Below the pieces are notes generated by a model that saw nothing but the letters and a program-made list of their open reading frames with translations, had not been told where the DNA came from and made no database searches. DNA of 64,000 bases from Acidiferrobacterales bacterium (GTDB lineage: Bacteria; Pseudomonadota; Gammaproteobacteria; Acidiferrobacterales; SPGG2), in the NCBI GenBank assembly GCA_046760105.1, contig JBHIDJ010000007.1, positions 5,111 to 69,110 on the forward strand, given 5' to 3'. This document shows positions 59,112 through 64,000 of the stretch, piece by piece (position 1 is the first letter of the stretch; each line of letters starts with the position of its first letter). Position numbers and translations under genes: made by a program.

Positions 59112-60277
59112 TGCACGCGCGTAGCTCGCAGGCGGATAAGCGGCGTTCCGCGGGGACGCCCCGGCCAAATTGGGACATGTGGTTAGTGGGAAGCGTTGTC
59201 ACGCTCACCGGGCTTGGGCTTGTGATGGTTTATTCAGCGTCGATTTCGTTTGCTCAGGTTACGCTGGGTAACAGTACTTATTATCTTTGGCATCAAGCTG
59301 CCGGCGTGTGCCTCGGTTTGTTTTTTATATACGTCGTCAAACACACACCGGTGCGGCTGTGGCAAGCGGCTGGACCGTATCTGCTGCTCGGCGGTATGGC
59401 TTTACTGGTTCTAGTACTTTTGCCTGGGATCGGTGTCAATGTTAACGGCAGCTCGCGGTGGCTGCGGCTTGGCGTTGTCAATATTCAACCCTCCGAGTTC
59501 GTCAAGCTCGCTATCGTTATCTATGTCGCGGGCTACTATGTGCGCAAGCAAGACGAGTTACATAACTTCACGCAGGGCGTTGTCATCATCAGTCTCGTTG
59601 TTGCCGCAGTTGGAACGCTGTTGCTGCTGGAACCCGACCTCGGTGCCGCGATCGTTATTTGTGTGACCGTATTGGGGATGTTGTTTCTCGCTGGCGTGCG
59701 CTTCTGGCATTTCAGTGTCGTCACCGCCGCAGGCATAGGCGGTATGTTGCTGCTAACGTTTGTGTCGCCCTACCGCCTTCAGCGTCTAGTCGCCTTTCTT
59801 GATCCTTGGGCGGATCCGTTTAACAGCGGGTTCCAACTCGTGCAGGCGTTGATCGCGTTTGGGCGTGGTGAATGGTTTGGTGTCGGGCTCGGAGCAAGCG
59901 TGCAGAAGCTCTATTACCTCCCCGCGGCGCATACAGACTTTCTGTTCGCGGTGACCGCGGAGGAGCTGGGGTTAGTGGGGGTACTTGTGATAATCGTCTT
60001 ATTCGGGGTGCTGATCGCGCGCGCATTTGTCATCGCCAAACAGGCCGAGACGGTAGGTCTAATCTATGCCGCTCGCCTGGCGCAGGGCGTCGGCCTGTTA
60101 CTGGGTTCGCAGGCGATTATTAATATGGGTGTGAACATGGGCGTTTTGCCGACGAAGGGCCTGACGCTACCGTTCATGAGCTACGGCGGCAGCAACCTTC
60201 TGATGAGTCTCTTCGCAGTGGGGTTGTTGCTCATGGTTGAGCGTGAGACACGCAACCACGCCTGGGGTGTACATTGA
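59108..60277 (+). CDS. ftsW: Peptidoglycan glycosyltransferase / lipid II flippase FtsW
   Basis: 389 aa SEDS-family membrane protein (...QPSEFVKLA..., ...TDFLFAV..EELG...PFMSYGGS). Confidence 0.9.
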   Translation: MMHARSSQADKRRSAGTPRPNWDMWLVGSVVTLTGLGLVMVYSASISFAQVTLGNSTYYLWHQAAGVCLGLFFIYVVKHTPVRLWQAAGPYLLLGGMALLVLVLLPGIGVNVNGSSRWLRLGVVNIQPSEFVKLAIVIYVAGYYVRKQDELHNFTQGVVIISLVVAAVGTLLLLEPDLGAAIVICVTVLGMLFLAGVRFWHFSVVTAAGIGGMLLLTFVSPYRLQRLVAFLDPWADPFNSGFQLVQALIAFGRGEWFGVGLGASVQKLYYLPAAHTDFLFAVTAEELGLVGVLVIIVLFGVLIARAFVIAKQAETVGLIYAARLAQGVGLLLGSQAIINMGVNMGVLPTKGLTLPFMSYGGSNLLMSLFAVGLLLMVERETRNHAWGVH

Positions 60278-61347
60278 GCAGCGTAATGGTCATGGCAGGC
60301 GGAACGGGCGGGCATGTGTTTCCAGGGCTCGCGGTGGCAGAGTACTTGCGAAGCCAAGGCGTCGGCGTTGTGTGGATGGGCACGCGGACTGGACTTGAGG
60401 CGCGTGCCGTGCCAGTGGCCGGCTTCGAAATTGACTGGGTATCGATTCGCGGTTTGCGCCGGGGTGGCCTTCTGGGTTGGCTGCTATTGCCAATAAGGTT
60501 GAGCATTGCCATGGCACAATCGGTGCGCACGATCTTACGTCGGCGTCCCGACGCTGTACTCGCGATGGGCGGCTTTGTTGCCGGTCCCGGCGGTTTCGTT
60601 GCCTGGTTCCTGCGCAGGCCGTTACTTGTGCACGAGCAAAACGCGATAGCAGGGCTGGCCAATAGGCTACTCGCATTGGTCGCCGATCACGTGCTCTGCG
60701 GTTTTCCGGACGCCTTCCGGAACCTTCCGACCGCAAGACATGTCGGCAACCCGGTACGCCGCGAGATCAGGGCACTGACAACACCTAAGCACGAGGCACG
60801 TGATCGTGGGCCTTTACGCGTGCTTGTGCTTGGCGGTAGCCAGGGCGCGCAAATATTCAATACCGTGCTGCCGGAAGCGCTGCGAAGCCTGGCGGCGGCC
60901 GAGCGGCCCAAGGTGTGGCACCAGTGTGGAGAGCAGTGGCTCGGCTCCACACAAGCCGCCTATAAAGATGCAGTGGGAGACGTGCGCGTTACCGGTTTTA
61001 TTGATGATATGGCCGAGGCCTATCGCTGGGCCGATCTCGTCATCTGTCGCGGCGGTGCGATGACGATTTCAGAGCTTTGCGTGGCCGGCCGTCCCGCGGT
61101 CTTGGTTCCTTACCCGTTCGCCGTTGACGACCATCAGACCGCAAATGCGAGGTTTCTGGCCGACCGGGAAGCGGCCATTCTGGTTGCACAGGACGAGTTC
61201 GTCGGGCCGCGCGTACGGGAGTTGCTGATGCAATTTGCCGCTAACCGTGAGTTGCTCGGGAAGATGGCGATGAATGCCCACCGCTGTGCCATGCCCGATG
61301 CGGCCGAACTGGTGGGACAGCTTTGTATGGAGGCGATGCGTGCATAA
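60274..61347 (+). CDS. murG: Undecaprenyl-PP-MurNAc-pentapeptide GlcNAc transferase
   Basis: 357 aa. [16 protein letters not shown] ... GGSQGA ... [10 protein letters not shown]. Confidence 0.9.
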   Translation: MSSVMVMAGGTGGHVFPGLAVAEYLRSQGVGVVWMGTRTGLEARAVPVAGFEIDWVSIRGLRRGGLLGWLLLPIRLSIAMAQSVRTILRRRPDAVLAMGGFVAGPGGFVAWFLRRPLLVHEQNAIAGLANRLLALVADHVLCGFPDAFRNLPTARHVGNPVRREIRALTTPKHEARDRGPLRVLVLGGSQGAQIFNTVLPEALRSLAAAERPKVWHQCGEQWLGSTQAAYKDAVGDVRVTGFIDDMAEAYRWADLVICRGGAMTISELCVAGRPAVLVPYPFAVDDHQTANARFLADREAAILVAQDEFVGPRVRELLMQFAANRELLGKMAMNAHRCAMPDAAELVGQLCMEAMRA

Positions 61348-62740
61348 CTGGGTTAAGCGCATACATTTCGTCGGCATCGGTGGCGTCGGCATGAGCGGTA
61401 TCGCCGAGGTCTTGACGAATTTGCATTTTGATGTCTCCGGTTCGGATATACGTGAAAGTGCTAACACCCGCCGGCTGGCGGCACTCGGCATACCGGTGCA
61501 CATCGGGCACCATGCTAACCTGATTGAAGGTGCGGATGCCGTAGTCGTCTCGTCCGCCGTCAATGGTGCTAACCCGGAAGTGATGGCGGCAAGGCAAGCA
61601 AACATACCAGTTGTGCCGCGTGCGCAAATGCTTGGCGAATTGATGCGGTTGCAACGTGGCATCGCCGTTGCCGGTACCCACGGCAAGACAACGACAACCA
61701 GCCTGATCGCGAGTGTGCTGGCTGAAGCCGGTCTCGACCCCACGTTCGTCATCGGGGGCCAGCTTAACAGTGCCGGTAGCAACGCCCGCTTAGGCAAAGG
61801 CGAATACTTGGTGGCGGAGGCGGATGAGAGCGATGCGTCGTTTCTACATCTGCAACCTTTTGTGGCGGTCGTTACGAATATCGACCGCGATCACCTTGGG
61901 ACCTATAAGGGCGATTTCAGTCGCCTCAAACAGTCGTTTATTGATTTTCTCCATAACCTGCCGTTCTACGGATTGGCGGTGCTTTGCCTAGACGATCCAG
62001 TCCTACGCGACATCGTTGCAAAGGTCAATAAACCCAGAGTGACTTATGGCAGCTGTTCGGATGCAGACATACGCGTATCAGATATCGAGCAGCAGGGTTT
62101 GGAAATGCGCTTCCGCGTGCAACTGAATCGGGAAGGCCGGGTGCTTGACCTCACCCTACGTCAGCCCGGCGAACACAACGTGCTCAATGCACTGGCGGCA
62201 GTCGCCGTGGCCAAGCAACTGGGTGTAGCTGACGAGGCGATCGCACACGGGTTGGCCAGCTTTGCTGGCATTGGGCGGCGCTTTCAGATTCTGGGGCAGC
62301 TTAAGGTAGACGGTGGCGACGTCATGTTGGTGGACGACTATGCACACCACCCGCGCGAGATCGCGGTGACCATCGCCGCCACGCGCCGCGGCTGGCCAGA
62401 CCGTAGATTGGTGATTGCTTTCCAGCCGCATCGCTATAGCCGCACACACGATCTGCTGGATGATTTCTCTATCGTATTAAGCGACATCGATCCACTGCTC
62501 ATCACCGAGGTCTACAGTGCGGGTGAAGCCGTCATAAACGGAGCGGATGGGCGTTCCTTGTGTCGCGCTATTCGTGCACGGGGAAAGGCTAATCCGATTT
62601 TCGTTGAGGACGTAGAAATGTTGTCACAGGCACTAAGCCACGTACTGCAGCCGAATGATCTGTTACTCACCATGGGGGCCGGCAGTATTGGTCAGGTGGC
62701 GGCTGGTCTCCCACAAGCGCTCGCGGGGACGCATGAATGA
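61340..62740 (+). CDS. murC: UDP-N-acetylmuramate:L-alanine ligase
   Basis: GTG 61340 gives (M)[24 protein letters not shown] ... [11 protein letters not shown]. It overlaps the murG stop. Confidence 0.9.
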   Translation: MHNWVKRIHFVGIGGVGMSGIAEVLTNLHFDVSGSDIRESANTRRLAALGIPVHIGHHANLIEGADAVVVSSAVNGANPEVMAARQANIPVVPRAQMLGELMRLQRGIAVAGTHGKTTTTSLIASVLAEAGLDPTFVIGGQLNSAGSNARLGKGEYLVAEADESDASFLHLQPFVAVVTNIDRDHLGTYKGDFSRLKQSFIDFLHNLPFYGLAVLCLDDPVLRDIVAKVNKPRVTYGSCSDADIRVSDIEQQGLEMRFRVQLNREGRVLDLTLRQPGEHNVLNALAAVAVAKQLGVADEAIAHGLASFAGIGRRFQILGQLKVDGGDVMLVDDYAHHPREIAVTIAATRRGWPDRRLVIAFQPHRYSRTHDLLDDFSIVLSDIDPLLITEVYSAGEAVINGADGRSLCRAIRARGKANPIFVEDVEMLSQALSHVLQPNDLLLTMGAGSIGQVAAGLPQALAGTHE

Positions 62741-63633
62741 TGGCGGTCGCCGGTAAAGATGGTTTGCGTGGCACGGTGCTGGTTGACGAGCCGATGTCTA
62801 AGCACACCAGTTGGCGTGTCGGGGGGCCGGCAGACGCCTTCTATGTGCCGGCCGACATTGAAGATCTGCGAATGTTTCTCAGAGGTCTGCCGCCAGGCCA
62901 GCCCGTCTACTGGCTGGGCCTCGGCAGTAATCTGCTCGTACGCGATGGCGGCGTGCGCGGCGCCGTGATTGCGACAAGCCGAGCGCTTAGCGGGTTGCAG
63001 TTAATAGGCGAGCAGTTGGTGCGCGCCGAGGCCGGTGTTCCGGGCGCCAAGATTGCGCGGTTCACGGTCGAGCGCAACTTAGTGGGCGCGCAGTTTCTCG
63101 CCGGTATACCGGGCACCATCGGCGGGGCACTGGTAATGAATGCAGGCGCCTTCGGTGGTGAGACCTGGAACATCGTGCACGCGGTGGAAACGATCGGCCG
63201 CCAAGGACAACTACACACGCGGCCGCACTCCGATTTCACGGTCGGTTATCGCCGGGTCGACGGCCCGGAAAACGAATGGTTTGTTGCCGCGCATTTACGT
63301 CTAGAAAAGGGTGACAGCGCTTCCGGTAAGAACGACATAAGAACACTATTGGCGAAGCGCGGCGAGACACAGCCGACGCAGATGCCAAACGCCGGCTCGA
63401 TCTTCAAGAATCCTCCAGGCGATTACGCCGCCCGCCTCATCGAGGCGAGCGGCCTTAAGGGTCTGCGCGAAGGTAATGCCTGCGTATCCCAGCTGCATGC
63501 GAACTTTATCGTCAATACGGGCAATGCCAGCGCCGCTGAGATCGAACGTCTGATACACACGGTGCAAAGCGCTGTAGAGCGTGCACAAGGTGTGAGCCTG
63601 GAGTTGGAAGTAAGGGTGATCGGTGAGCCATGA
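62737..63633 (+). CDS. murB: UDP-N-acetylenolpyruvoylglucosamine reductase
   Basis: 298 aa. [11 protein letters not shown] ... LGLGSNLLV ... AGSIFKNP. Confidence 0.9.
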   Translation: MMAVAGKDGLRGTVLVDEPMSKHTSWRVGGPADAFYVPADIEDLRMFLRGLPPGQPVYWLGLGSNLLVRDGGVRGAVIATSRALSGLQLIGEQLVRAEAGVPGAKIARFTVERNLVGAQFLAGIPGTIGGALVMNAGAFGGETWNIVHAVETIGRQGQLHTRPHSDFTVGYRRVDGPENEWFVAAHLRLEKGDSASGKNDIRTLLAKRGETQPTQMPNAGSIFKNPPGDYAARLIEASGLKGLREGNACVSQLHANFIVNTGNASAAEIERLIHTVQSAVERAQGVSLELEVRVIGEP

Positions 63634-63655
63634 GGACTTGTTCGGGAGCACGAGC

Positions 63656-64000
63656 ATGTCACGAATGAGGAGACGGCGTCGACATCGGAAGAAATCAGCC
63701 GCTAATGTCGACGGAACAACGTGGCTGTTCATGGGCAGCGATGCTCCGTTTAGGGCGGGCGTGGTGATGTTGTGGACGATCGTTCTTTTGGTTGCTTTGG
63801 CGCTTACTCTCGATTGGCTGTTGCGTCCCGACCGTTTCCCCGTCGAGAGCGTCAACTTTGAAGGACGGTTTGAGCACGTAACGAAAGAGCAGCTGGTGGA
63901 AGTGACCAAGGAGCAAGTGCACGGCAATCTTTTCGCCGTCGATCTTGATGCGGTGAAGGCGCAGGTTGAGTCGCTGCCGTGGGTCTATACGGCGTCGGTG
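63656..64000 (+). CDS. ftsQ: Cell division protein FtsQ (3' end outside window)
   Basis: ATG 63656 with the frame open to the window end. The translation MSRMRRRRRHRKK...VVMLWTIVLLVALALTL...FPVESVNFEGRFEHVTKEQLVEV...FAVDLDAVKAQVESLPWVYTASV shows a basic N-terminus, one TM and a POTRA start. It is absent from the ORF track because it has no stop. Confidence 0.8.
   Translation, partial: MSRMRRRRRHRKKSAANVDGTTWLFMGSDAPFRAGVVMLWTIVLLVALALTLDWLLRPDRFPVESVNFEGRFEHVTKEQLVEVTKEQVHGNLFAVDLDAVKAQVESLPWVYTASV

Overview
This is a 64-kb chromosomal core segment from a fairly GC-rich Gram-negative bacterium. The gene order is typical of non-enteric Gammaproteobacteria and partly resembles Betaproteobacteria. 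Four syntenic blocks are present. (1) Plus strand: lnt-lptE-holA-proA-nadD-rsfS-rlmH-maf-rng-yhdP-nit-tldD-pmbA-mgtE. (2) Minus strand: rapZ-hpf-rpoN-lptB-lptA-lptC-kdsC. (3) Plus strand: mlaB-ABC2 pair-ibaG-grxD-murA-hisGDCBHAFIE-tatABC-(yyaL-like pseudogene)-petABC-sspAB-ymdB. (4) Minus strand glcD-like-hldC-dolP-diaA-yraN-lpoA, divergent from rsmI-rnpB-mraZ-rsmH-ftsL-ftsI-murE-murF-mraY-murD-ftsW-murG-murC-murB-ftsQ. I count about 75 protein genes and one RNase P RNA. I saw no tRNA, rRNA, CRISPR array, transposase, integrase, prophage, toxin-antitoxin or recognisable defence module. I did not find a convincing novel multi-gene system; nearly everything is housekeeping. Five things do stand out. 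(a) A family of intergenic inverted repeats has arms built from tandem 7-nt units carrying an invariant CAAG/CTTG core, and the arms often supply or abut a TAG stop codon. An 8-nt-unit relative sits between hisA and hisF. (b) Several independent lesions interrupt otherwise conserved loci: an mlaC 3' fragment with kdsD and mlaFED missing, an empty ptsN slot, and a yyaL-like pseudogene. Together these suggest ongoing gene decay. (c) The RNase P RNA is unusually long, about 480 nt, and its P3 and P12 expansions close with nearly identical stems. (d) ddl is absent between murB and ftsQ. (e) A lone small WYL-like gene sits where npr would be expected. All similarity statements come from reading translations by eye against remembered family motifs; no searches were run.
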